From the NCBI RefSeq assembly GCF_036321535.1, contig NC_087437.1, positions 25,608,001 through 25,672,000 on the forward strand: a stretch of DNA of 64,000 nucleotides, written 5' to 3'. The stretch comes from Camelus dromedarius. Lineage: Eukaryota. This document shows, in pieces, positions 28,301 through 39,940 of this stretch. The notes beneath the pieces are model-generated. The model saw only the letters and a list, made by a program, of their open reading frames with translations. It made no database searches and was not told where the DNA came from. The position numbers were made by a program, and so were the translations under genes. Position 1 is the first letter of the stretch. Each line of letters starts with the position of its first letter.

Positions 28301-30752
28301 CTGCCAAATGACGGCGTCAGCTGCATGATCTGGGTGCCTGGAGGCTGCCCTTCCAAACGAATTTTAAGAATAAATTGAAATTGAACTGGAGCCATGCAAA
28401 GTAGAACACAGACCTTTTTGAAGATTCATATCAGGTAAAGAGTAAACAGGTTGTCAGAAAATATTGACATTTTCTTTTTAGAATTGATTTTTTGGTTTTA
28501 TTTTTCTACCCATATGGCATTTTGTATTATTAACATTTATTTAGTAAAACCTTACCCTTTCCTCAAAAGATTTTAAGCTTTTTTAAGGCTCTGTTAACAG
28601 CATTTTAAGACAAAAATAGTTCCCCATTATCTTACAAATTAAAATAAAACTATTCCTCATATTTGAATTAAAGGTAGAAATGTACTTATTTTTACGAGTT
28701 TGTTTCAAATAAAGTAAAGCTGTTAATATGAAAATATAACAAATGTCATTTATTCATTTGATAATTCAAAATACCCAGGAATTTTTCCTGAAAATCCATC
28801 ATCTAATACAGAAATCAAAGATCAAAATATTTAGATGGTCTACAAGAAAAAAACAGGTTAATTTATTTGGCACCATTCCAATTTATCTCCCCATCCTTCT
28901 GTCCTGATTAATTGCCCTCAGCAAGGAGCTGAAACCTACTTATGCTGTTTTCTTAATTCCTGTTGATGGGTCTTGATGTAAGGATAGAAACAGAACCAAA
29001 TGCCTTTTAACTAACCCATTCTTCATGAGTTAATCAATCATAACTTGTCCATTTTAATTACCTCCCAAATTCCAAATAGAGATATGCTTGCAGTTCCCAA
29101 ATATTTGCATGATTAAAGATGTTTTCCTTGTTTCAATAAGAAACCTCAAATTGATGAGTCAGGTGGCAAGATTTATGGTATGAAGTTGTCCTGTTTATTT
29201 CCCAGCTTTCAAAAATACTGGTCTGTAATTCGGTAAGAAACAACATTCCCACCAGAGATATGCAGACTATGCCCATCAATGATGATGATCATGTTAAATA
29301 TATATATATACGTACATACACATACATACCAACATCAGTAGATGCCAGAGAGAAAAGTCGCCAAGAAAATGTTTCTTCATATCCATAAAAAGGCAGCTTA
29401 TTTGATATTAAATATAATTACAGAAAGCTAATGGGACATTGGTGCACCTGGAAACATTTTCAGGTTGTTTTTGCCCTCCTTGGAGCAATACCATCAGATT
29501 GTGTTATCAATCAGTCATATCCCTCAAGTTACAGGAAAATTCTGGCTGCCTTACAAACAACTGGACAGTTCAGTTAAGAAAACAATGTGAGCAGAATTTT
29601 CACTGAATTGACTGAATCAATCAGTTATTTTGACTGGATGCAAACAGAAACAAAAGCCAACTCTTTTCAAAAATAACTTACATTTAGGAGCTTCCTTCGC
29701 TCTCACCTAAAATCCTATCATGTTTTGAACATCAGAATCGAATCAACAATCTTCTTTCATAGTAAATCGTCTAGCAATTGATAACAGAATATGATGATGA
29801 CGATGACAACAATGATGATGATACAGGGCTTCTGAGAGAATAATTTTTACATAAACTCTTTCCTGTTCAATATCAAATAGACACAAACACATGTACAAAG
29901 TACTTGAACTCTTCCAAGTCATTAGAACTGTTTTCTCTGATTTAACAGAAACTGCATATTTCCTGATTTCTCTCTCTTCCTTTGTATCATCTGGTCCTTT
30001 AACAGTGAAGAAGAGCCCTCTATTTACTCCTCACCTATCAGTTCTAGGTAGCACTCCAGTTGTGAGAATGGTTTCCCCAAAATTATCAACTGACCCAATT
30101 TTTTAACCCACATTCTACAACAAAGAAGGAACATGTCAATAAAACTACTCCATTAATACTTGTACCTAACCACTAACATGCCTGGCAGAGCAGGGCTTGA
30201 AGAGCAGGAGTCAAGCCTTTTTCAGCTCTGACTACTCAGAGTCACTCTGAGTCACTCGTCCCAGAAGGTGTCATCATTATTTGCCCTTTTGGGAAGAGTG
30301 ACTTATCTGCCTGGTGAAACTTAGGAAAGCCTGACGTCCGTGACAACATCATCCTGGAGGCAAGGTAATGTTTAGAAACAGAGAGAATGCAGGTGCATCT
30401 CTCTTTCTCTTGGACCTGTCCATCCTTAAATGAAGTTTTTTTTTCTTATAGCTCCAAAAAATTAGTTATACTTCATTATCATAAATCATAAAATCTACTG
30501 TAACTATACACATTTGTATATATTCACTGGCACTTAAAACTCCCATTTTGATAGTATAACTTATGATCCAAGGTGGATTAAAAACATGCCTGTAAAACAT
30601 TCTTCTGAATATATTCTTAGTATTTTATAGTCACACTGATAGCATGTAGCCCCATGACCTTAATACTGAAGTCACAATAAACATTTTGGCTTTGAACAAA
30701 ATAAAGCAAGAACCTGCAAATTAATGTGATTCCATTTGTGAATTCAGTTCAG

Positions 30753-31756
30753 AGTTTCCCAAGAATGTGTTCCCCAAATCTCTGGTCCTAGGTGATGCTT
30801 TTAAGGAAAATGTTCCACCGCCAAACACAATGGAATGTAGCAACAATCCTAAATCTTATAATTTAGCTGGACTTAACCAACCTGGCCCTCTACTATGAGA
30901 AAAGTTCAAGAAATGCTGTATCAAAGCCCCTTTTTGACAGACTAGGAATAGACTTACCATATGACCCAGTAATCCCACTCCTGTGCATATATCTAGAAGG
31001 AACCCTAATCCAAAAAAGACACATGCACACCAATGTTCATAGCAGCATTATTTACAATAGCCAAGTCATGGAAACAGCCTAAATGTCCATCAACAGATGA
31101 CTGAATAAAGAAGTTGTGGTATATTTATACAATTGAATACTATTCAGCCATTAAAAAACGACAACATAACGCCATTTGCAGCAACATGGATGGACCTGGA
31201 GAATGTCATTCTAAGTGAAGTAAGCCAGAAAGAGAAAAACAGCATATGATATCATTCATATGTGGAATCTAAAAAAAAATTAGAAGACAAATGAACTTAA
31301 ATATTAAACAGAAACAGACTCATGGACGTACAGTACACACTTGTAGTTGCCGGGGGGAGGGGGTGGGAAGGGACAGACTGGGAGTTCAAGATTTGTAGAT
31401 ACTGACAGGTATATATAGAATAGACAAACAAGTTTATACTGTATAGCACAGGAAATATATACAAGATCTTGTAGTAGCTCATGGTGAAAAAGAATGTGAA
31501 AATGATACATGTATATTCATGTATGACTGAAAAACTGTGCTCTACACCATAAGTTGACATAACATTGTAAACTGACTATAACTCAATTAAATAAATAGAA
31601 AAAATTTTAAAAGTCCCTTTTTGATGATTTACAATACATATTAACAATTCCAAAAAGCCCTACACTAAAGAAGTGTCTGTTTTCATTTAAAGCAAACACA
31701 TTTGACCTCAGAATCCTTTCCTATTGAACATCATGGAACATGCTTGGGGAAGTGCT
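30753..31756. mobile_element. hAT-Charlie-type non-autonomous element interrupted by an L1
   Basis: Terminal gtttcccaagaatgtgttcc ... ggaacatgcttggggaagtgct inverted ends. Confidence 0.5.
30938..31609 (+). mobile_element. Young 5'-truncated lineage-specific L1 with TSD
   Basis: Same subfamily as 16839-17615; A-rich tail; 15-bp TSD AAAGCCCCTTTTTGA (30923-30937) / AAAGTCCCTTTTTGA (31610-31624). Confidence 0.95.
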
Positions 31757-32199
31757 CTTGCAGAAAGTGAGACATCACATAGGATGAATCATAACTCCAC
31801 AGGGCATTTTATAGACTTTCCAAAATCTCGTGCTGTTACATAAAACACAAAGAGACACAAAGGTGCCTCTTGGCTTATTAATCACCAAGCTATGCATAAA
31901 AAATTTAAATATATTAATATGAGATGAGAAGCAGAAATTTTAATATCTGTGAAAAAATTACAACTAACTAAAACAAATTTTAATTACCAACTGAAAATTC
32001 TAATTGCCCTCCACCTCCACAAAGCAACAGTTGAAACCAATTCTCTAGTATGTTTATAGTCCCAAGTACTATACCACAAGTCATCCTCAAGTGATTATTT
32101 CCTCCTTTAATGTATACTTGTCATTCTTTTTTAGCCATCCAGATCCTAACTCCTACTCTAAGTCTGGAGAATGCTCTAGCTAAGGAGCCAAAGGAGGCA

Positions 32200-32765
32200 G
32201 AGACTCTTCCCACTACCAAAGTTAAAAGTCAGACTTTGACGTTCCCAGCCTCCCTTGTAGCTAGGTCCTGACCTTTGATCTTGATTTTGATTTAGGATCT
32301 GGTAGTAAACACAAGTGAAGACTGCTCAAGATCTATCCTGGGAAAGGTAGCAGCAGCAGTCATAGTTTTATAGTATTTTATGGAGGGCTTATACCAAGGT
32401 TTCAGGGGTGACTTAGGCCTGGTCAATCAGCACATCCCATCATCCTGGCAACAGAATTACTTCAAGTATAGAGAAGTATATGTACCAAGTCAGTCCACTG
32501 AAATCCAATCTGAAGACCTGAGTTAGAATATTAGAGAAGAATAAACTATCTTTCCAATAGGACTGCCAATCCAGCAGGATGCAAAACTGGACCTATGAGA
32601 AGCCATTCTATTATCACATGGTGGAACTGACCAAAAAGAGAGACTCAGGCTTATCAAACATAATCAACAGAACTTGTGTAGCCAGCACTATTGCTAAACT
32701 TTTCAGTTACATGAATAACAAGTTCTCTCTTTCATTTAGCTAGTTTAGACCAGGGTTGTTGGTTA
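32200..32765 (+). mobile_element. MLT1 (ERVL-MaLR) LTR remnant(s)
   Basis: cccagcctcccttgtagctagg; ggtgacttaggcctggtcaatcag; ttttcagttacatgaataacaagttctctcttt. Confidence 0.6.
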
Positions 32766-33151
32766 TGATGGAGTTGCTCTCGACCCTCTTCTTGCAGGCA
32801 ATGGTGGAGTTTGTGCAATAGCTACTATTTCCTGTTGTAACTGTATTATTGTCTCAGTGGAGCAGTCAATATTGCAATTTAAGAGTAAAGCTACCTGATT
32901 TTCTAAACAGGAACTGATAGTTTATGGAATTTCTTCAGCTGGTTGGGTCTGGTACCCTAGGTAGGCAAGGGTGAGGTCAGTATTACAGATTGGTTTCATC
33001 ATACTGCTGGGAGTCCTATTGATATTTACCTTAATTAAATGCCACATCTGGCAAATTGAATAGAATTGGTCCCAACCCCTGCCTGTCAGATTAATAAGAG
33101 TGACCACCAATAGAGTAGCATACTTATGGAAAAATTCACCAGAAGTCAAGA

Positions 33152-33662
33152 GTGTGTAGAAAGGGATAGATAAGTCTTCATGGATCCCTCTGTTTCTGCA
33201 TGTCTTGGAACAGGTTTTATTTTGGACTATCTTTTCAAAGATGTTTGCATAGCAAACAGCTTGAAAGACAGAAACAACATCTCCCTCTAGGGCAATGGCA
33301 AGTTCTGTTTGCCATCCAGGAAAATAAAGCTAATGTCTCCTCTGGCACAAGAGTTGGGCAGATTTGCCAGCAGCTTACTCATTAGATTGAGAGCTTCCTA
33401 AACTTGGTGTACCTCAACTGTAATGCAAACCTGCGTACCCAGCATCCACCTGGGCCCACCTCCACATCATCCCCATAGGACTGAGGAATAAAAGGACTGA
33501 AACAAACAAAAAGTTTACACTGACTGTTGTATTTCCATAATAAAGTCCTTTGATTCTTAGCCAGGAGTACTGTGTCTTCTGCTAGCAGCTATGTAACTGT
33601 GACTGGATAACTTTTTATCTTGTAGGTAAGATAACATCTCAGACTCTTCACACTTTTTGACA
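33152..33662 (+). mobile_element. MER76-like ERVL solo LTR
   Basis: TG...CA ends; ttttcaaagatgtttgcatagcaaacagc; aataaagtcctttg...tgtgtcttctgctagca...atctcagactcttcaca. Confidence 0.7.
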
Positions 33663-33689
33663 AAGACCCAGGATAATTTACAGAGATAA

Positions 33690-34190
33690 CATGCTTATAA
33701 GTTGAAAGACTCAATCACGTAATTGTATCAGTTCTCCCCAAATTGATCTATAGATTCAGTACAATACCAATCAAAATCCCAGCAATATTTTTTCATAGAA
33801 ATTGACAAATTGATACTGAAATATATATGGAATGTAAAGTACTTAGAACAGCCAAAGCAATCTTGGAAAAGAACTAAGCTGTAGGATTTATATACTATTT
33901 GACCTTAAGATTTACTATAAAGTATAGTAATTAAGACATTGTGATAGCTGCATAAAATTAGACAAATAGATCAATGGAACATGACACAAAGTGCAGAAAT
34001 TACCCCACACATATATGGTCAAATGAATTTTGACAGAGACACCAATTGTAATTCAATGGGGAAAGAAAAGCCTTCTCAACAAATAGTACTGGATATACTG
34101 GATACCCATATTTTTTAAAATGTGTTGATCCATACCTTACATCATAAATAATGACCTAAACTACAAAGCTCCTTTAAGAAAACATAGGTA
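33690..34190 (+). mobile_element. Old L1M ORF2 fragment (5' half of the host of the nested L1)
   Basis: gttctccccaaattgatctatagattcagtacaataccaatcaaaatcccagca... Confidence 0.85.
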
Positions 34191-34191
34191 A

Positions 34192-37100
34192 GCTGGTACC
34201 AAGATGGCAGAGTAGGAGGATGCTCTTAGCTCTCCCATGAATACACTAAGAGCTACATCCACAGACCCACTCATTCACTCAGAACACCTGCTGGACTTTA
34301 ACAGAACATTGCCTACTTCAAAAGAAAAAATTCCTCACAAAATATGGTAAGAGGGGGGAAAAAAAGAAGAAAAAAAAAATTAGTGTGGGATCTGTCCCAC
34401 AGGGAGGGAGCAGCAAAGAAGGAATAGTGCTCTGACGCTTGGACGCCCCCTCTCCAGTGGAGAGGACAGTGGGACCAAGGGGGAATCTTCAAGTCTTGGA
34501 GGAGTGCACATCAGCCACTTGGCTGACAGATAAACCGGCACAAAAGGTCCCTGCAATTCCCAGCCCTAGATGCAAGCTGGCGGATGTGGGCCAGGGACTG
34601 GCTGCCCGAGCCAGGTGGAGGGCTGGGGCCGACATCACAGAGGCAGCCTCAGGGGGCTGGAGTGTACTGTGGGCCATGATTGGGAATGTATACAGAACAG
34701 AATAGCCTGGATCCCCCATAAAAAAAATTGAAAAAAAGAAAGGTAAAACTACTGGTGTGCATTGGGGGTAGGGGTGCAATGCAGCTGGGCCATAGCCACT
34801 GTCTCTGCAGGCCCCCAGCACCATTGCTGGCGTGTTCTCAAGAGAAGAGAGGCAGGGCTCAGCAACAGCCACCATATTCACTGGTGCACGGCTCCCAGGC
34901 AGAGCTGGTGTTGAAACCAGAATCTGTACCCAGGGGTTCCACAACTTCATAGTTGGTACTGAGATTTGTTTACAGCCCCAGGCAGAGGGGACCGATTTGC
35001 TCCATGGGTGCCTTTGTGGACCTGCACTTCAAAGACAAGCAAGGAGCAGAGTTCTGGAACACAGCAGGAGCAAGTGCAGGTGCAGAATTTTCAGCAGACC
35101 TGCATACAGTTTGCAGATGTGGCACTGGGGACAGCATTGACCTGACAGCATGCCACGATCCAGGTGTGTGACCCAGATGTCTGCGAATCTGTCCTAGTAG
35201 CTCTGAGGGCAGAAAACCTGGAGGACACCAGAGCAGAGTACTGACATTCCTGAGGCCAAAGCAGGGACAAGGGCAGCATCAATAAAGAGTACTTGAAGCG
35301 TTCCAACTCTGCCTACCACACACTGCAGCTCAGAAACAAGTCTGGAGGCCTCCATTCCAACAAAAAGGGAACAGTAAACAACCTAACCCATCACCTAAAA
35401 GAATTAGAAAAAGAAGAACAACAAAACCTAAAGTCAGCAGAAGGAAAGAAATAATAAAGATCAAGGAGGAAACAAATAGAATAGAGATTAAAAAACAGAA
35501 AAACTCAATCAAACCAAGAGTTGGTTTTTTGAAAGAGTAAACAAAATTGACAAGCCTCTGGCCAGGATCACCAAGAAGAAAAGAGAGAGAACACAAATAA
35601 ACAAAATAAGAAAGGAAAATGGGGAAATTACAACCAATATCACAGAAATTAAAAAACCATAAGAGAATACTATGAACAACTATATGGAAACAAACTGGAC
35701 AACCTACAAAAAATGGACAAGTTTCTGGAAACATACAGTCCACCAAGACTGATTCAAGAAGAAACTGACCACTTGAACAGACAGATAACTAGAAATGAAA
35801 CAGAATCAGTAATAAAAAAAACCTCCCTAAAAACAAGGACTGGATGGCTTCACTGGGGAATTATACCAATCATACAAAGAAGAACTCGTACTGATCATTC
35901 TCAAACTCTTCCAAAAGTCTGAAAAGGAGAGAGTATTCCCAAGCTCATTCTATGAAGTGACCATCATCTGACACCAAAACTAGACAAGGATACTAGCAAA
36001 AAAGAAAATTACAGACCAATATCATCAATGAACATAGATGCAAAAATCCTCAACAAAATATTAGCAAACAGAATCCAACAGCACATAAAAAAGATCACAT
36101 ACCACAATAAAGTTGGATTCATTCCAGGGACACAAGGTTCAACATATGCAAATCAATCAATGTGCTATTCCACATCAACAAAAGGAAGCACAAAAATTAC
36201 ATGATCATCTCAATAGATGCAGAAAAAGTATCTGATAAAATTCAACACCCATTTATGATAAAAACTCTTACCAAAGTGGGTATAAAGGGAATCTACTGCA
36301 ACATGATAAAAGCTACTTATGACAAACCCATACCCAGCATAATACTCAATGTTGAAAAACTGAAAGCCTTCCTACAAAAATCTAGAACAGGACAAGGATG
36401 CTCACTCTCACCACTTCTATTCAACACAGTCTTGGAAGTCCTAGCCACAGCAATCAGGCAAGAAAAAGAAATAAAAGGAATCCAAACTGGAAGAGAAGAG
36501 GTATAAATGTCACTATATGCAGATGACATGATACTATATATAGAAAACCCTAAAAGCCCCCCACAAAAACTACCAGAGCTGATAAAAAGAATTCAGCAAG
36601 GTAGCAGGATACAAGATTAACATACAGAAATCAGTTGCATTTCTTTACACTAACAATGAAATAGCAGGAAAAGAAAGTAAAGAAAGAATCCCTTTTAAAA
36701 TTGCATCCAAAACAATAAAATACTTAGGAATAAATCTTACCAAGAAGGTGAAAGACTTATACATGGAGAACTATAAGACATTGATTAAGGAAATTAAAGA
36801 TGATTAAAGAAATGGAAAGATATCCCATACTCTTGGATTAGTTAAATCAATATTGTGAAATGGCCACACTGCTGAAAGCAATCTACAGATTTAATGTAAT
36901 CCCTGTCAAATTACCCATAACCCTAAAATTTATATGGAATCACAAAAGACCTAGAATTGCCAAAGCAATACTGAAGAAAAAGAATGCAGCTGGAGAAGTA
37001 ACCCTCCCAGAACTCAGACAATACCATGGAACTACAGTAACCAAAACAGCATGGTACTGGCATAAAAACAGACATATGGATCAATGGAACAGAATAAAGA

Positions 37101-38675
37101 GTCCAGAAATAAACCCACAGACCTATGGTCAATTAATCTTTGACAAAGGAGGCTAGAATATACAATGGAGAAAAGACAGTCTCTGCAGCAAGAAGTGTTG
37201 GGAAAACTGGACAGTAGCATGTAAATCAATGAAGTTAGAACACTCCCTCACACCATACACAAAAATAAACTCAAAACAGCTTAAAGACTTAAATTTAAGG
37301 CAGGACATGATAAACCTCCTAGAAGAAAACACAGGCAAAACATTACCTGACATAAATTTTAGCAATGTTCTCCTAGGGCAGTCTACCCAGGCAAATATAC
37401 ACAAATGGGGCCTAATTAAATTTATAAGCTTTTGTACAGCAAAGGAAACCATGAGCAAAACAAAAAGACAACCTACAGAATGGAAGAAAACATTTGCAAA
37501 TGATGCAATTGACAAAGGTTTAATTTCCACAATATATAAACAGCTCATACAACTTAATGACAAAAAAAAAAAAACCAACGCAATCCAAAAATGGGCAAAA
37601 GACCTAAACAAGCAATTCTCCAATGAAGGCATACAAATGGCCAATAGGCACATGAAAAAATGCTCAGTATCGCTAATTATCAGAGAAATGCAAATCAAAA
37701 CTACAATGAGGTATCACTTCACACCAGTCAGAATGGCCATCATTCAAAAGTCCACAAATGATAAATGCTGGAGAGGGTGTGGAGAAAAGGGAATCCTTCT
37801 GCACTGCTGGTGAGAATGCAGTTTGGTGCAGCCACTGTGGAAAACAGTATGGAGATTCCTCAAAAAACTAAAAATAGACTTACCATATGATCCAGCAATC
37901 CCAGTCCTGGGCATATATCCAGAGAGAACTCTAATTCAAAAAGATACATGCACCTCAATGTTCACAGCAGCACTATTTACATAGCCAAGACCTAAATGCC
38001 CATCGACAGATACCTGGATAAAGAAGTTGTGATATATTTATACAATGGAATACTGCTCCACCATAAAAAAGAATAAAATAATGCCATTTTCCGCAACATG
38101 GATGGACCTAGAGACTGTCGTTCTAAGTGAATTAAGCCAGAAAGAGAAAAAAATACCGTAAGATATCACTCATAGATGGAATCTAAAAAAGAAAAACAGA
38201 GGGCACTAATGAACTCTTCTACAAAACAGAAACAGACTCTCAGACATATAGTAAACAATCCTTTGGTTACTGGGGGGATGGGGGTGGGAAGGGATAAATT
38301 TGGGAGTCTGAGATTTGCAAATGTTAGCTCTACATATAAAAACAGATTAAAAAAATTTCTTCTGTATAGCACAGAGAACTATATTCAATATCTTGTAATA
38401 ACCTATAATGAAAAAGTACATGAAAACAAATATATGTATATATACATATGCATAACTGGTACATTGTGCAAAAAAAGCATATGAAAATGAATACATGTAT
38501 GTATATGCATGACTGGGACATTGTGCTGTAAACCAGAAATTGATACATTGTAACTGATTTCCTTCAATAAAACAAAAATTCAAAATATTACTAAGGCTAT
38601 ATTTTAAATCTTGAATTTTGGTTCTGTGAGTGTAAATAATTAAAAAGCACCTAAAAACGTCAAAGGAAAAAAAAA
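34192..38675 (+). mobile_element. Lineage-specific L1, internally deleted and inactive, with a 3' extension
   Basis: 5'UTR starts ccaagatggcagagtagg; ORF2 remnants (35713-35922, 36162-36506, 36860-37156, 37229-37813) with the RT YADD motif at 36516-36527, plus stops and frameshifts; 3'UTR and AATAAA near 38566. Confidence 0.95.
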
Positions 38676-39590
38676 GAAACATAAGCAAATACATTTGAGG
38701 CCTTGAGATAGTCGAAGATTTCTTGGAAAAAAATATAAAATATACAAATTATAAAAGAAAACAATAATAAAAAGGCAAAAAAAAACAATTACTTTGAAAA
38801 CAAAAGATGCTTCACAAAAGAGGATTTACAAATGACCAAAAAATACATGACAAGATGTTCAATGTCACTAGTCAGGGAAATACATACTAAAACCACAGTT
38901 AGATACCACAGCACACTCACTGAATTACCAAAATTAAAGACTAATAATACCAAAATGTTGGAAAGAATGCAGAGCAACTCGATACTGGTGGAAGTTTAAA
39001 ATGATAACAACTACTGTGAAAAATGTTTGGCAGACTCTGATGGTGTGAAACCGTCACCTGCATTATTTTTAGCAATTCCATTCTTAGAATTTGTTTCCAC
39101 CCAAAATGAAAACATATGTCTAAAAAAGACTTGTATAAGAGATTTATTGCAGCTTTATTCATAACACAAAACCGGAAACAATGTAAATATCTACCGACAA
39201 GAAAATAAACTGTGGTATACAATAAACTATCACTTCTTAATAAAAGGGAACAAGACAATAATACAAACAAAATTATCAATAAATCTCAGGAACATTATAC
39301 TGAATGAAAGAAGCCAGACACAAAGAAATATATACCATATGACCTCATTTACATAAAGTTTTAGTACACACAAAATTAATGCAAGAAGCTAGAAATGGGA
39401 ATAGTGGTTGCCTGAGGGAAGTACAGAAAGAGACTGGAAAGATGCTCAAAGGAACTTCTTAGGGTGATGAAAATGTTCTGTACCTTGATTAGGATATTTA
39501 TTATATGGGTGTATACATTTGTCAAAACTCATCAAACTTTACACTTAAATCTATAGAATTTGTTGTATGTAATACTCAAGTCAAAAATTT
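38676..39590 (+). mobile_element. Old L1M/L1ME 3' part (3' half of the host element)
   Basis: Resumes gaaacataagcaaatacatttgaggccttgagatag..., ends gggtgatgaaaatgttctgtaccttgatt...acacttaaatct. Confidence 0.85.
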
Positions 39591-39680
39591 TAAGGGCAAC
39601 AAAATAGATTTTATTTAAAATCCTTTATCTCCAGACTATTCAAGGTCTGATATCCAAATTAGACAGGCTGAACTTCAGAT

Positions 39681-39703
39681 TAGCTGCTCTGTTTCCACAG
39701 GTG
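39681..39703 (+). promoter_or_regulatory. Candidate PTF1-type acinar element (E-box plus TC-box)
   Basis: TAGCTGctctgTTTCCAC overlapping the E-box CAGGTG, ~125-145 bp upstream of the TATA box; imperfect match to the PTF1A/RBPJL composite. Confidence 0.35.
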
Positions 39704-39825
39704 TTGAGAGAGATATACTCTCAGACTTTTCACAGCTACCAAAGCAACAATGCCAGGAAAACCATTAATCAAGATTTGATAGTGCCTCTTCTCAATCAGG
39801 AGAAGAAAACAAACAACACCCGGAT

Positions 39826-39832
39826 TATAAAA
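39826..39832 (+). promoter_or_regulatory. TATA box of the CPB1 promoter
   Basis: TATAAAA starting 44 bp upstream of the ATG, consistent with the short 5'UTR of pancreatic enzyme genes. Confidence 0.85.
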
Positions 39833-39869
39833 GCAGGTGAAACCCACCCAGAAGACCTAGTCAGGTACA

Positions 39870-39940
39870 ATGCTGGCATTCCTGATTCTCGTAACCGTGA
39901 CCCTAGCATCTGCTCACCATTCTGGTGAGCATTTTGAAGG
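39870..39940 (+). CDS. CPB1: CPB1 exon 1 (signal peptide and start of pro-peptide)
   Basis: ATG CTG GCA TTC... = [24 protein letters not shown]; donor GG|gtaagt. Confidence 0.97.

Noticed and set aside
223..34950. Many 60-150 aa ORFs in the ORF track
   Set aside because: They overlap repeats or are random frames with no recognisable protein motif or splice-consistent exon chain.
35713..37813. Reverse-transcriptase-like ORFs as a novel RT system
   Set aside because: These are ordinary L1 ORF2 fragments with stops and frameshifts.
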